From an uncultured Planctomycetaceae bacterium (GTDB lineage Bacteria > Planctomycetota > Planctomycetia > Planctomycetales > Planctomycetaceae): a stretch of 64,000 nt of DNA. The notes beneath the pieces were generated by a model. That model ran no database searches and was not told the DNA's origin. It was given only the letters and a program-made list of their open reading frames with translations. Position 1 is the first letter of the stretch. Every line of letters starts with the position of its first letter. Positions 9,684 to 20,501 of this stretch are shown here, piece by piece. Position numbers and translations under genes: made by a program. The stretch spans positions 406,958 to 470,957 of the forward strand of contig CALOFE010000007.1 of NCBI GenBank assembly GCA_942492455.1, given 5' to 3'.

Positions 9684-10970
9684 ATGCTGAGCGCTAAGGC
9701 AGTGGACCGTTGGGCCGAAGATTGGGCCGATGGATTGAACCCGATTTTGGTGAAGGAGACGCGGCAGGTCTTTAAAACCCATCTGGTGACAATCCCATTC
9801 TTTGCGGCGTTGGTGGTCGCCTGGTTCGTGTCGATGTCGGTCGTGATCGAACCGGCGCATCCGGAGAGCATTCTCGGCCCCAAACTTTTTATGCCCTTGT
9901 TGTTGGTGCTGGGTGCTGCACTGTTTTACGTCGTGCCCTACATCAGTTTCCGTAGCATGACTGCCGAGCGCGAGCGGCACACGTTTGAGATGCTGGCCGT
10001 CAGTTCGCTGTCCGACACGCAGATCTTTTGGGGGAAATTCAGCTCGGCGCTCGTCGTGATTGGATTGTTTGTCGCAGCTTTTGCGCCGTTCATTTCGATG
10101 ACCTATATGCTCCGCGGCTTGAGCGTGTTCGACATTATCACGGCACTGATTGTTATTTCAGCCACGGCTACCACGTTGTCATTATTTGGTCTGATGTTGG
10201 GGGCGCTGGCTACAAAGCTGCATTTTCAAATCATGAATATGCTGTTATTGCTATTCGGTTCCACCATCGCTGCTATTTTCTTATCGGAACTTACTGCATC
10301 CATTACGTTTTCCGGCGGGGGCGTCAATCTGTGCGGCATGGCCTGTTTTCTGATTGGGTTTGTGGGATTTCCCGGCCTGTTTTTTGCAGCGGTGACGTTG
10401 GGCAGCTTGCGTCCGCCGACGATGGGGTTGGTGCGGACTTATGTCGGACAGGACGACCTGCCGGCGATCGTGCAGGCTGCGGATCATCTCGCCGAGACGA
10501 TTGAGCAACATGTTCCGCTACGACCGGAGTCTTATACGCTGCGTCACCTTAAAAAGGTTTCGATCACGCCTGAGGTGGTACAATCGGTGGTGCCGGTCGT
10601 TATGCGGATGGAACGGTTGTTGAATCCCCGTCAACGGCAGTTCGGCCATCTGGGGCGTTATCGATATTTGACCATCAAAGGGGCGGCGGAACCGTTGGAG
10701 ATGATTTGTACGGTACAAAATATGGTGTTACACCGCTTCGGTTGGAGTGAATTGTGCGCGGCGGATGCCGATGAAATTCCGCTCACGGAGGAACTCCTCG
10801 TCTATACGATTGGCCCCGATGATTTGCGGACATTGAAACTGGCGGTTTCTCGACTAAAAGCGTTGTTGAATCGTGACGAGCCGCCCGAACTGGAAGAAGC
10901 GGGGATTTTCTCAGAGCGACCCGAATCGAATGCATCGAATTTGAACGACCCGAATGATGGACAACAGTGA
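9684..10970 (+). CDS. ABC-2-type permease-like membrane protein with C-terminal soluble domain
   Basis: NPILVKETRQ, ERERHTFEML, GKF; about 7 TM helices followed by about 190 hydrophilic aa. Confidence 0.75.
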   Translation: MLSAKAVDRWAEDWADGLNPILVKETRQVFKTHLVTIPFFAALVVAWFVSMSVVIEPAHPESILGPKLFMPLLLVLGAALFYVVPYISFRSMTAERERHTFEMLAVSSLSDTQIFWGKFSSALVVIGLFVAAFAPFISMTYMLRGLSVFDIITALIVISATATTLSLFGLMLGALATKLHFQIMNMLLLLFGSTIAAIFLSELTASITFSGGGVNLCGMACFLIGFVGFPGLFFAAVTLGSLRPPTMGLVRTYVGQDDLPAIVQAADHLAETIEQHVPLRPESYTLRHLKKVSITPEVVQSVVPVVMRMERLLNPRQRQFGHLGRYRYLTIKGAAEPLEMICTVQNMVLHRFGWSELCAADADEIPLTEELLVYTIGPDDLRTLKLAVSRLKALLNRDEPPELEEAGIFSERPESNASNLNDPNDGQQ

Positions 10971-12274
10971 TTGGAAAGATCGAAATGTCGGATGCGCCTT
11001 TACCATTTCCATTGTTGTCCGATAATCGCAGTCCGCGGTTGCAGCAGTGGAATGATGCGCTGAATCCGATTTTGGTGAAAGAGTTGCGGCAACTTTGGAA
11101 AAGCCGGCAATTCGTGATGATCTTTTTTGCGCTGCTGAGTGCTGCTTGGTGCATCAGCGTTATGGCGCTAATGGAGCCGGAGGTTGTTTTGAAATTCGTG
11201 CCGTTTGGCTATGGCCATACGGGACAGATCCACGCCGCCGCCCTGTTCTTCATGCTGTATGGTTGTTTGGTGATTGCGTTGAACTTTGCGGTGCCGCTCC
11301 GCGCGTTGGACAGCTTGGCGCACGAGTTCGCCGGCAGCACGATGGAGACGTTGGTTCTGACGCGGATCCCGTCGGACCGGATTACGATCGGCAAATTTTG
11401 GTGTGCCGCACTGCATATGGGGCTGTACTTCGCCGCCCTGGGGCCGTTTATTGTGGTGACTTATTTATTGCCGGGGATCGATCTGCTGACGATTCTGTTG
11501 ATGTTGCTGGTGGCGATCGTGCTTTCGGTCGGGCTCAGTAGCATTGCCTTGTGGCTGGGATCGTACTGCAAGTCGGCGGCGTTGCGCCCCGTGTTGACGA
11601 TGGTGCTGTTGGCGGCGTGCTGCCTGACCACTTGGTTTTGGTTAACCACCGTGTACCAAGCTTTGGAGTTGGGTAACACAGGTTGGATGGTTTGCACAGG
11701 GCTTCCCTGTTGTTTTGTGCCGTGGTTGGTGATCTCCAGCGCCAGCTTGGCAGCGGCGGTGGTGCGCGTGCGGCCAAAATCACCACGTTTGAATCGCATT
11801 CAGTTTATTCCCGCTGAGGAATTGCAGCCGATCGCGCAGAGCGTTCTAAAATTCGCCGAAGCTGTGCGTGTGCAATTCCCGGTCGAGTACGACGAACCCC
11901 CTGCCCGGCCACCACAATCCATGATGTTTCGCGAGGCTCACGCGCATGTGCTCGAGTTGGCTCGACAAGCGGATCGATTGATGAACCGCCAGCGGCTATT
12001 GTGTGGAACGGTGTTGTCCAAGATGCCACTTGTCCCGCAGCAAGCCCGCAAGGCCTTTGCGCAAGTCCGCAGCGGGTTTTATTCGATCATTGCCACCTAT
12101 GTATGGTACGGAATCTGCCACGACGACCCACACCCACACGTTTGGCCCAACCGCCTGCACATGCCCAAAATCCCCGAGGGACAACTAGACAAACTTGAAG
12201 CCGCAGCCCGTGACCTGATCGCCGCATGCGAAGAAATCACGTCGCCACCACCTGCACCCAACGACACACCCTAA
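10967..12274 (+). CDS. ABC-2-type permease-like membrane protein (paralog of the upstream gene)
   Basis: NPILVKELRQ, EFAGSTMETLVLT, GKF; GTGA overlap with the upstream stop. Confidence 0.75.
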   Translation: MIGKIEMSDAPLPFPLLSDNRSPRLQQWNDALNPILVKELRQLWKSRQFVMIFFALLSAAWCISVMALMEPEVVLKFVPFGYGHTGQIHAAALFFMLYGCLVIALNFAVPLRALDSLAHEFAGSTMETLVLTRIPSDRITIGKFWCAALHMGLYFAALGPFIVVTYLLPGIDLLTILLMLLVAIVLSVGLSSIALWLGSYCKSAALRPVLTMVLLAACCLTTWFWLTTVYQALELGNTGWMVCTGLPCCFVPWLVISSASLAAAVVRVRPKSPRLNRIQFIPAEELQPIAQSVLKFAEAVRVQFPVEYDEPPARPPQSMMFREAHAHVLELARQADRLMNRQRLLCGTVLSKMPLVPQQARKAFAQVRSGFYSIIATYVWYGICHDDPHPHVWPNRLHMPKIPEGQLDKLEAAARDLIAACEEITSPPPAPNDTP

Positions 12275-12281
12275 AAACAAA

Positions 12282-12350
12282 CTCCCTCTCCCTCTGGGAG
12301 AGGGCCGGGGTGAGGGTTTTCGCACGACAGTTGGCGGCCGTCAACATTTT
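12282..12350. repeat. REP-type repeat (intact copy of the family interrupted at 3441/3699)
   Basis: ctccctctccctctgggagagggccggggtgagggttttcgc... Confidence 0.85.
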
Positions 12351-12539
12351 TAACTGGAAAGATTCCTCGCAGAGATGCACTGAGGAACACGACAGCGATG
12401 CTGAGCTATGCACGCCTGAAATCAAGAGTGCTACTCTTTCGTTCTCTGTGGCCTCTGTGAGCTCTGTGGCAAAATTCTTTTCGTCGTTTGGTGTGCGACG
12501 TTATGATTTGTTGGGGGGATCGACTGTACTACCTAGAAA

Positions 12540-12561
12540 GGTGCGTCGCGACGCACCCTAC
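12540..12561 (-). repeat. GTAG-family REP palindrome
   Basis: Reverse complement is GTAGGGTGCGTCGCGACGCACC; second copy at 15963-15983. Confidence 0.85.
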
Positions 12562-12577
12562 GTTGGGGCCAACAGTC

Positions 12578-13705
12578 TTAGGTGCACCAGCGGCGGATTA
12601 GTTTTTCGAACATCTCGGTCCCCTGCTCCAATTGTTCAAGCTCGATCCATTCGTCGTCGGTGTGGGCCTGAGCGATGTCGCCGGGGCCGTACACGACCTT
12701 TCGCTTTAAGTCGCTGAACATGGCGCCGTCGGTTCCGTAGGTGACGGTTTGGGCTTCGGTCTTTCCGGCGATTTCCAAAAACTCGTTGACGAAATCCGAT
12801 TGGGGATCGACGTACAACGGCGAACCGTTGCCATGCGCTTGGAAATCCAACCCGCACTTCTCAGCGACTTTGCGGGCGCGGTCGACGAGAATTTGTGCGT
12901 CCATGTTGGGCATCACCCGAAAGTAGACGGTACAGACCGATTGCGGCGGCGTGATGTTGATTGCCGTCGTGTGGTCGTTGATACCGATATTCCAACTGAT
13001 TGTCGGCGGATTAAAACGTTCATCGCGCCAAGCAGGATCTTGCAGGGTTTCGTCGTGGATCGCCTTCATCTCAGCCAAAAAGGGAATCATGGCCAAATTG
13101 GCGTTCAGTCCTTTGTCGGTGCTGGAGTGGGCAGCGCGGCCCTGGGAAACGGCGGAGAACCCGGTCGTGCCTTTGTGTGCATAGACGACCTCTAGCATGG
13201 TTGGTTCGCCGATAATGCCGCGGGCGTCCCCCTCGACCATCTCGCGATACAACTTTGATTTCTCGGCGACCTGTTTGGCGCCGATATAACCGACTTCTTC
13301 ATCAGCGGTGCAGGTGATGTAAAACGGTTGTTTTAATTCGTCCGCAGAAAAACGATCGGCTGCGGCCAGGGCGCACGACAGTGAGCCTTTCATATCGCAA
13401 CTGCCGCGACCGTAGAGTTTATCTCCCTCGACCGCCGGCTCGAACGGGCCGTGCTCTTTGATACTCCAGGTATCGGCGGGAACCACATCGGTATGGCAAA
13501 AATAAGCCACGCCGCCGGTGCCGTTTCCTTTTTTGGCCATGACGTTGGCTTTGCGAACGCCGTTGGCATCATCGTATTCGATTCGCTCGGTAGCGAAGCC
13601 CAGCGCTTTTAACTTGTCCTCGCAATAATTTGAGACTTCGACATTCGAGAGCGGACTCGTCGATTCAAAACGGATCAATTCCTTGTTGTAAGCCAATGCG
13701 TCCAT
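12578..13705 (-). CDS. argE: M20 family metallopeptidase, acetylornithine deacetylase-like
   Basis: HTDVVP, GRGSCDMKG, DEEVG, GEPT, AHKG, GTDG and AHTDDE. Confidence 0.85.
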   Translation of the reverse strand: MDALAYNKELIRFESTSPLSNVEVSNYCEDKLKALGFATERIEYDDANGVRKANVMAKKGNGTGGVAYFCHTDVVPADTWSIKEHGPFEPAVEGDKLYGRGSCDMKGSLSCALAAADRFSADELKQPFYITCTADEEVGYIGAKQVAEKSKLYREMVEGDARGIIGEPTMLEVVYAHKGTTGFSAVSQGRAAHSSTDKGLNANLAMIPFLAEMKAIHDETLQDPAWRDERFNPPTISWNIGINDHTTAINITPPQSVCTVYFRVMPNMDAQILVDRARKVAEKCGLDFQAHGNGSPLYVDPQSDFVNEFLEIAGKTEAQTVTYGTDGAMFSDLKRKVVYGPGDIAQAHTDDEWIELEQLEQGTEMFEKLIRRWCT

Positions 13706-13835
13706 GTCCGCGTTTCACCGTTGTTAATATTGCGTTTGTTAATGATCGAATATGCTGCGAGCGTCTGTCTGTGGGGTTTGCCCAGCGGTGGCGCCGGCAC
13801 GTCTCGCCACGATAATTCACCGGTCCCCGGCATGT

Positions 13836-14825
13836 CTACCCATCGGTTGGTAACCCACAGGCGAGCAAGATGGATTCTTGGACGGCCAAATCGTGCTGGG
13901 GTGTGAACTCGAATTCCTTTTCGCCCCGGATGACTCGAGCCAAGTCCGTGAAATCGGCGTCGTACCTTGGGAGTTTTTCCAGCGGGATGTCTTGGTACCC
14001 CTTTTTATAAGGTCCCCGCGGTCGCGAGAACGCGGCCTTCAGTTTGGGGGGTTCTAAGGGACGCAGGTCGGCGGTGCCGCCGTCGCCGCTGACGACAAAT
14101 TGCCGCCGCCGAAACCCGTCGACCTCCATCAAGGCACTCCGCACCGTGACCGTGGCACGCGGGTATTCGAAGACCGCCAATTGATTGTCCAGCAGTCCAT
14201 CGTCGTATCGTGCCGAATGCCGGGCAAAGGGCACAACGCGGTCTGGTTTACCCATCACAATCACAGCGGCATCGATGATGTGGCAGCCGAGTTCAAACAT
14301 CGTGCCGCCGGGATATTGCAGCAGAGAGCGTCGCGCTTCCAGTGACATGGTTTTGCTCATCACCGTATGCAGCGAAAAAATGTCCCCCAGCCAACCGTCG
14401 CGGACCGCCTTGAAGATGAATTGAAATCCCGGGTTGTAGCGATACATGTAGCCCATCTGCACAGTCAAATGCTGCCGCGTGGCGTCGTCGAGCAGTTGTT
14501 TGAATTGCGGCAAATTCTCGCCGGCCGGTTTGTCCAAATGGATATGTTTTCCTGCAGCAACCGCCCGCGCCCCGGTATCGAGTAAGTCCTTGACCTCGGT
14601 TTCGATAGCGACCGCTTTGAGTCCATCGACATTGAGGAGTTGTTCCTCGGTGAGCCAATGGACGTCTTGATAGGTTGCGGTTTTCTCCATCTCGCGCCGC
14701 CGCTGTTCATTGGGTTCGACGACACCCACGATTTCAAAATCTTTGGAACGCTTGAGCGATTCAATTTTACCCGAGGCATGGGCGTGTCCGGTGCCGATTT
14801 GACCGATTTTGATAGGCTGCGGCAT
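13836..14825 (-). CDS. Gfo/Idh/MocA family oxidoreductase
   Basis: IGQIGTGHAHA, GKHIHLDKP, QMGYMYRYNP and ELGCHIID. Confidence 0.9.
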   Translation of the reverse strand: MPQPIKIGQIGTGHAHASGKIESLKRSKDFEIVGVVEPNEQRRREMEKTATYQDVHWLTEEQLLNVDGLKAVAIETEVKDLLDTGARAVAAGKHIHLDKPAGENLPQFKQLLDDATRQHLTVQMGYMYRYNPGFQFIFKAVRDGWLGDIFSLHTVMSKTMSLEARRSLLQYPGGTMFELGCHIIDAAVIVMGKPDRVVPFARHSARYDDGLLDNQLAVFEYPRATVTVRSALMEVDGFRRRQFVVSGDGGTADLRPLEPPKLKAAFSRPRGPYKKGYQDIPLEKLPRYDADFTDLARVIRGEKEFEFTPQHDLAVQESILLACGLPTDG

Positions 14826-14922
14826 GGCATGGTTCCTCAATCTTGTGGTAGTCGTTTTGGGCTGTGTCTTGGATTGTGGTGAGGGGCAGGCGGCGGTTAG
14901 CGCATGCGGAATTAAGTATTGC

Positions 14923-15858
14923 TCAGGCTGTTAAATGCTTATCAAACCAGGCCTTGGTGCGGGCCCACATTTCGTCGGAGAGCACGTGGCCTGAACCTTC
15001 TTCGATGTAGTAGGAAAACTTCTCTTGGGCATCCATGCCTTGATAGGCGGTGGCGATGGTTTGGATGCCGCGGCGGACTTCGTCGATGGGGCTACCAGAA
15101 TCGTGTTCGCCGAAGTTCATGTGTAGCGGTCGCGGCGCAATCAGGGCGGCGATGTCGGGGGTGTCGCCGTATTGATGAATGCCTGGTACAAAGTTGGGAA
15201 AGCAGTGCAGCATGTGTTCGCGATGAATTCCCGCGTATGTGGGCAAGCAACAATTTGCCACCAGGCATTGGATCCGTTCTTCCCACGGCCCGACCAGCCA
15301 GGTGTGCGTGGAACCCATCGAATGCCCGTAACAGCCGATCTTGTCTGGATTGACTTCGGGGCGGCTGACCAAAAAATCGATCGCCCGTTTCATGTCGAGG
15401 ATGTTTTTCCAAGCCATGCTTTTCCCGTCAACGACGTAACGCAAAAATTCGAAGCGTTCAAATTGGCCGTCTTTGAGTTTGCCGGTGGGGTCGCGGCGTT
15501 CCTCAAAGCACAGGGCATCGGGACAGAGCACGACGTAACCCGCACGGGCGAGCGCGGCACCGGTGTGGTGCATGGGGTTTCCGGCCAGTCCCGCCGGTTC
15601 GCTCTTGCCGAGATGATACTGCCCAGCATGTTGATGCCAAACCGCCACGGCAGGAGCGGGGTGATCGGCGTTGGTTTGGTCGGGAATTAACAAAAAAGCA
15701 GGAACCTGATCGCCCGGTTGGCTGTCATAGAACACGGAATGGATCGTAAAGCCATCCTGCGGGATCGTTTCGCGAAGTTTGACATTCAGCTGTCCCGGCT
15801 GCGGCCATTCGCCGCCGAGGCCGGTCAATAATCTCTCTCGAAAATCGATGGCAGCCAT
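14923..15858 (-). CDS. dienelactone hydrolase-like alpha/beta hydrolase
   Basis: GHSMG nucleophile elbow, AALIAPRPL and GH; start set at MAAIDFRE. Confidence 0.85.
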   Translation of the reverse strand: MAAIDFRERLLTGLGGEWPQPGQLNVKLRETIPQDGFTIHSVFYDSQPGDQVPAFLLIPDQTNADHPAPAVAVWHQHAGQYHLGKSEPAGLAGNPMHHTGAALARAGYVVLCPDALCFEERRDPTGKLKDGQFERFEFLRYVVDGKSMAWKNILDMKRAIDFLVSRPEVNPDKIGCYGHSMGSTHTWLVGPWEERIQCLVANCCLPTYAGIHREHMLHCFPNFVPGIHQYGDTPDIAALIAPRPLHMNFGEHDSGSPIDEVRRGIQTIATAYQGMDAQEKFSYYIEEGSGHVLSDEMWARTKAWFDKHLTA

Positions 15859-15962
15859 GTTCAAATTCACCCGTGTTTGATAGGAAACAAGCTCAGGTCC
15901 AGCGTAACTGATTTCCAACTCATCCGCCATTCCGCACACAACAAACAACAGACCCTATTGGC

Positions 15963-15983
15963 GTAGGGTGCGTCGCGACGCAC
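15963..15983 (+). repeat. GTAG-family REP palindrome
   Basis: GTAGGGTGCGTCGCGACGCAC. Confidence 0.85.
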
Positions 15984-16256
15984 TTTTCTCTGCAGTCAGT
16001 TCGATTCTCCCAACGCCCCAAGACGTCGCACACAAAATGACGTAAAGAATTAGCCACAGAGAACAGAGATGGATTTCGCGCATGGCCTGTTGAATATGGT
16101 TGGTAGCTGTGCTGATAAAATGGATGTTCGAGGCGATACGTCTTTAATGGAGTTGCGGTTCGGTGGGAGACTCGTGCTTGCTGGGGTGTTTTATTAAATA
16201 GAGGCTAGCGGTAAAATTATCCGGCTATTCATTCTTCATATTATTTCCGAGACATC

Positions 16257-17048
16257 ATGTCCCAAGAAATTATCATTGTTGACGCGTTTACCGATCAACC
16301 TTTTGCTGGGAATCCGGCAGCGGTTTGTGTTCTCCCTGAGCCTCGTGATGCGGAGTGGATGCAGCGTGTGGCGGGTGAAATGAATTTGTCCGAGACGGCG
16401 TATGTATATCGCGAGGAAGATGCTTTCCGGTTGCGGTGGTTTACGCCGACCATGGAAGTCGATCTGTGTGGACATGCGACGTTGGCGACGGCGCACGTGC
16501 TGTGGAGCGAGGGGCATTTGGCGAACGATGTGCCGGCGTTGTTCAACACCAATAGCGGGCGGTTGACGGCTTCGCGCGACGGCGAATGGATCAAGCTCGA
16601 TTTTCCCGCAGAGCCCCCGGTGGACACCGAAACGCCCGATGTGTTGGCGGCTGCCTTGGGGACGACGCCGATTTATGTGGGGAAAAACCGGATGGATCTG
16701 CTGGCGGAGATTGATTCGGAGGCGACGTTACGGGCGCTGTCACCGGACCTTCAATTGATATCAGCCATCCCTACGCGGGGTGTGATTGTCACGTGTCGTT
16801 GCACGTCGGGCGAATATGATTTCGTGTCGCGTTTTTTCGCACCGAATTGCGGGGTCAACGAGGATCCGGTCTGCGGGTCGGCCCATTGTTGTTTAACACC
16901 TTATTGGAGTGCGAAGTTGAGCAAACCGGAATTGTTGGCCTATCAAGCCTCGGCACGCGGTGGCGTATTGCATTTGCGATTGGCGGGCGAACGGGTGGAA
17001 CTGGGTGGCCGCGCAGTCACAACCATGCGTGGCCAACTGACCGTATAA
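16257..17048 (+). CDS. PhzF family isomerase/epimerase
   Basis: VDAFT, GNPAAV, NLSETA, EVDLCGHATLA and EDPVCGSAH. Confidence 0.94.
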   Translation: MSQEIIIVDAFTDQPFAGNPAAVCVLPEPRDAEWMQRVAGEMNLSETAYVYREEDAFRLRWFTPTMEVDLCGHATLATAHVLWSEGHLANDVPALFNTNSGRLTASRDGEWIKLDFPAEPPVDTETPDVLAAALGTTPIYVGKNRMDLLAEIDSEATLRALSPDLQLISAIPTRGVIVTCRCTSGEYDFVSRFFAPNCGVNEDPVCGSAHCCLTPYWSAKLSKPELLAYQASARGGVLHLRLAGERVELGGRAVTTMRGQLTV

Positions 17049-17050
17049 CA

Positions 17051-17087
17051 AAAATACCCCCCGGATTGACCGGGGGGTATGGTTTTC
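17051..17087. terminator. bidirectional intrinsic terminator
   Basis: aaaATACCCCCCGG-attga-CCGGGGGGTATggtttt between convergent genes. Confidence 0.8.
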
Positions 17088-17110
17088 TCCATGTCTGGAT
17101 TGGCTGAAAA

Positions 17111-18070
17111 TCACTCCGGGATTTTATCGACAAGTTTCCGCGTGTTCTTGAGCGTCTGGCTAAAATTGACGGGAATCGTCATTCCACCGGCTTCGACTGT
17201 TAAATCGCCGGAGAACGTCTGCTCCGAATCCATCGAAAGAATGCGACCGCTGGCTGGGTCGAATTGAACGGTTCCCGATGAGCTATCGGTTTCGAATTTT
17301 CCCGAAACTTTTGCTGTTCCCATGTCGATATCGAGGTCACCAGTCAGATCGGTATCGATGGTGATCCGCAGTGTGGGGATTTCCCCCACTTTGTCGGGAC
17401 CAACGAAAGTGTAGGTCCGCTTGCCTTCGAATTCTCCCAGACCGGGAAGTTTGATCTTGTATGGCTTGTCCCATTTCTCGCCTGCTTTGACCGGCTCCTT
17501 TTTGAACAAGACGAAGAGGTCTTGGATATTGGACAGGACCGCTTCCTCCGAGCCACCCCCGGCAAATCGCTGGGCGATAGGATTGTCTTTGAGCACGTCC
17601 TGCAACAGTTGTGTATAACCGTTGACTTTCTTGACCTTTCCAAGCGGTGTGACTTCCACTCCCAGAATTGCGCCGCTCAACCGTTCATACAATGGCGTGA
17701 CGGCAGCGCCAATTTGGCTGGTCGAATCGTTGTCATCAGACTGGGAATCGAATTTGAACGTCACTTGCGGTGCAAAATTGCCTTCGACTTTCAGGCGTTC
17801 ATTTTGTGTCTCGAAAATGATCGTACCGTCTTCGGCGATTTTTTTAACCGTGTAGGTCGTTACATCGGATTGCTCAAACGTGGTGTCGACATCCTGTCCG
17901 TTGATCGTTTGATTGACCTCTGTGGTGAGCGAACTTTGGTAAATCGACTTCTCACCGACTTTGGCTTTGTACCGTAGCTCAACAGTGTCATTGGCGTACG
18001 CGATCGCGGGCAACAGTATGAGGCCAACGGCGCATGCCGTCGCTGCGGCTTTGAGGCGAAACAATTTCAT
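17111..18070 (-). CDS. exported beta-rich protein (DUF6263-like)
   Basis: Signal peptide ending AYA; VELRYK, FDSQS, PVKAGEKW and GTVQFDPASG. Confidence 0.7.
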   Translation of the reverse strand: MKLFRLKAAATACAVGLILLPAIAYANDTVELRYKAKVGEKSIYQSSLTTEVNQTINGQDVDTTFEQSDVTTYTVKKIAEDGTIIFETQNERLKVEGNFAPQVTFKFDSQSDDNDSTSQIGAAVTPLYERLSGAILGVEVTPLGKVKKVNGYTQLLQDVLKDNPIAQRFAGGGSEEAVLSNIQDLFVLFKKEPVKAGEKWDKPYKIKLPGLGEFEGKRTYTFVGPDKVGEIPTLRITIDTDLTGDLDIDMGTAKVSGKFETDSSSGTVQFDPASGRILSMDSEQTFSGDLTVEAGGMTIPVNFSQTLKNTRKLVDKIPE

Positions 18071-18083
18071 GGCGAACTCCCTG

Positions 18084-18174
18084 TAAGTTGTTTCAAGACC
18101 CTCTGACGCTACCCGCTGACACTGATCTGCAAGTTTTTGAGAACAAACGCAACCGGGTTTTGAAACGGGTTTTA
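18084..18174. mobile_element. ~90-bp MITE-like dispersed repeat, copy 1
   Basis: gtttcaagaccctctgacgc...gctgacactgatctg...gagaacaaacgcaaccgggttttgaaac, homologous to 54922-55013 and 59283-59374. Confidence 0.75.
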
Positions 18175-18331
18175 GTCAAAGCAAAGTTGAATGCGGTACA
18201 ACGGGGCGAAAACGAGTGCTGCCGGCAGTCTATTCGTTTCCCGGCGACAATTCTTGGGTGAATTCGCCGAGACGCCTCATTGCATACGCATGACTTGGAC
18301 GAGTGGATCACCAGGAAAAATAAGTTCTAGG

Positions 18332-19945
18332 TTATCTTTGGATCACTTCACCGCCCCCGGGGGTCACGAATGCACGCATCGTGTCCTCATCGACGTTGAG
18401 GCTAATAAATTGAACCGACCCGTCGGCAAATAAGGCATTAAAGCCTCCTTGCCGCAGTTGTCCCAGACCTTTAAAAGGGTTTTCCTCGTCAAATTCCCAA
18501 TCGTCTGGTTTGGTCCAAATGACAGCTTGATCCTCATTGGCCTCAATTGCCAGAATCGTATTCGACGTGCCGTCGGTGAAGTCGCGAATCCGCTTTCCCT
18601 CTTCGCCGAAGAAGGCGGCATCCTCGCCGGTGACAAGTAAGTAATTGGTTTTGAAATCCTTGTTGTTCATGTTGGGGTTTTGGTAGACCGGCGGCATTTC
18701 TTTGATCAACGCTTTGTTGTGTTCACTATCCCAGGGTTCATCGAGGTGAAACTTCTGATACAAACCTGGGTGTCCCAGGTAGGGCAATACATGGACGCGC
18801 CAACTGAGCAGTGGTTTCTTCTTTTCGTAGTTCGCGTGTGCCGGAAACTCGGTGAAGACGTCGTGATAGTTGTGCATCGCCAAGCCAAGTTGTTTCATGT
18901 TGTTGCGTGATTGCGTACGGCGGGCTGCTTCGCGGGCTTGTTGGACTGCCGGGAGTAAGAGTCCTGCCAGCACGGCTGATGAGGAGTAAGCGGGATTGAA
19001 AGTGGCCGAGATGGTGACGTCGTTTCCTTCCCGTACCGGCTTCAGTTTGTTCTCGATCACGTCACCGGCGCGCGCCAAGTATTTGAGGGTCGCTTCCGCC
19101 ACGGCACCTTCCCCCACACGCAGACTCATGGTGCCTTGCGCGACGATCATTTGTTTTACAAATGCCAATGCTTCGGTGAGGATCCGTTCCACTTCCTCGG
19201 CCGACATTCCATCGCGGCCAGTCATTCGGATAAACGTGGCATCGGGCGGGGAAATGTTGAGGCCGATGTGGACCGAGTCCAAATGATCGGGCAACGTGAA
19301 CAACTGCTGAATTGGCGGAGGCATGGGCGGGGCGCCGCCCAGCGCTTGATTGATCAAATCGCGAATCGGTTCGACAGCCAGAACCGCTGTCGCATCGGCA
19401 TCCGTTGCTGATTTTGAGAGCAAGGTTCGCAACTCGCTCTCGGCCGGCTGGTTGGCAATCATCAGGGTCAAAAATGATTCCGGTGCGATCAGGATCGTCT
19501 TTTCCTTGTAGAGGCAAAAACTTGGATCCATGGGCCGGTTGGCGGCGAAGTATTTAACGTCGTCCACTTCGCGCGTCTCAGTCCGCTGCGTTAAGTCCTT
19601 GGAAAGCCCTTGTGGCACTGAAAAATGGAGGATCAAGCCCCAGCTGGGCGGGTTCCCCCCCATGGGCGGGGCAATGAGGCCAATTGCCTGTTCGATTTCC
19701 ATGGGATTGAATCCGAAATCCCGTTTGCCGGCAGCAGCGATCACTTCTGTTGGCAATAGCTCCAATTCCGGTTTCGCCGCCAGTGTTTGTGGAAATAGAA
19801 ACACAGCACCGACAGCTTGATCGGGGATGTGGTTCAAATTCAACTTGGGGTCGTTTTGTGCAGTGGCGGTACTCGCCGAGGCGGCAAGAATGCAGGTTGC
19901 TAACGAGACAGCGGCCAACGCCCGAAATCGCGGAATTGAATACAT
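18332..19945 (-). CDS. DUF1559 domain-containing secreted protein
   Basis: [49 protein letters not shown] and NALFADGSV; signal peptide rather than prepilin leader. Confidence 0.9.
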   Translation of the reverse strand: MYSIPRFRALAAVSLATCILAASASTATAQNDPKLNLNHIPDQAVGAVFLFPQTLAAKPELELLPTEVIAAAGKRDFGFNPMEIEQAIGLIAPPMGGNPPSWGLILHFSVPQGLSKDLTQRTETREVDDVKYFAANRPMDPSFCLYKEKTILIAPESFLTLMIANQPAESELRTLLSKSATDADATAVLAVEPIRDLINQALGGAPPMPPPIQQLFTLPDHLDSVHIGLNISPPDATFIRMTGRDGMSAEEVERILTEALAFVKQMIVAQGTMSLRVGEGAVAEATLKYLARAGDVIENKLKPVREGNDVTISATFNPAYSSSAVLAGLLLPAVQQAREAARRTQSRNNMKQLGLAMHNYHDVFTEFPAHANYEKKKPLLSWRVHVLPYLGHPGLYQKFHLDEPWDSEHNKALIKEMPPVYQNPNMNNKDFKTNYLLVTGEDAAFFGEEGKRIRDFTDGTSNTILAIEANEDQAVIWTKPDDWEFDEENPFKGLGQLRQGGFNALFADGSVQFISLNVDEDTMRAFVTPGGGEVIQR

Positions 19946-20095
19946 CGAGAGGATTCCTTTTGTGCAATATGCCCGCACGTCGAAAAAATAGCCATTTAAT
20001 TCTGACGGCATCGACCATCGATGTGTCGTGCTGGAGAGATGCTCAAAATCGCTCTATTTGTCTACTTTTTTTCAAATCCGTGCCGCCACAACGAT

Positions 20096-20293
20096 TCAGA
20101 CCATGGCGTCGTGCCGCTCGACCGCTTCATGGGCCTCGACATCAGGATGCATGCCTTGTTCGATCATCGCCATGCGTTCGCGGTGTTTGATCAGGATCTT
20201 GACGATGCCGGTGAGGCCAAACACCAGGATCGCCGCAATTGGCACCAGGAACACAAGTGTTTCAGGACGTGAGATTACATTCATCCAAGTCAT
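20096..20293 (-). CDS. small single-TM membrane protein (HRERMAMIEQG motif)
   Basis: GGAGG RBS; one TM helix followed by KHRERMAMIEQGMHPD. Confidence 0.7.
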   Translation of the reverse strand: MTWMNVISRPETLVFLVPIAAILVFGLTGIVKILIKHRERMAMIEQGMHPDVEAHEAVERHDAMV

Positions 20294-20501
20294 GGAAACC
20301 ATCCTCCCCCGAATTTGAAATAGTCCTGCAGACACTCTGCATCGTATCGCATCATTCGCAGCAAGGCGAGAAATCTTGACAGAATCCAATGATTATCGTC
20401 AGATTCAAGCGGCCCTTTTGACACGTCCATGGATCGCATTTTGGAAACCGGGATGATGCGTGGAGGGATTGGCTGCCCGTACTATCCGGAGGAGATGCAG
20501 G

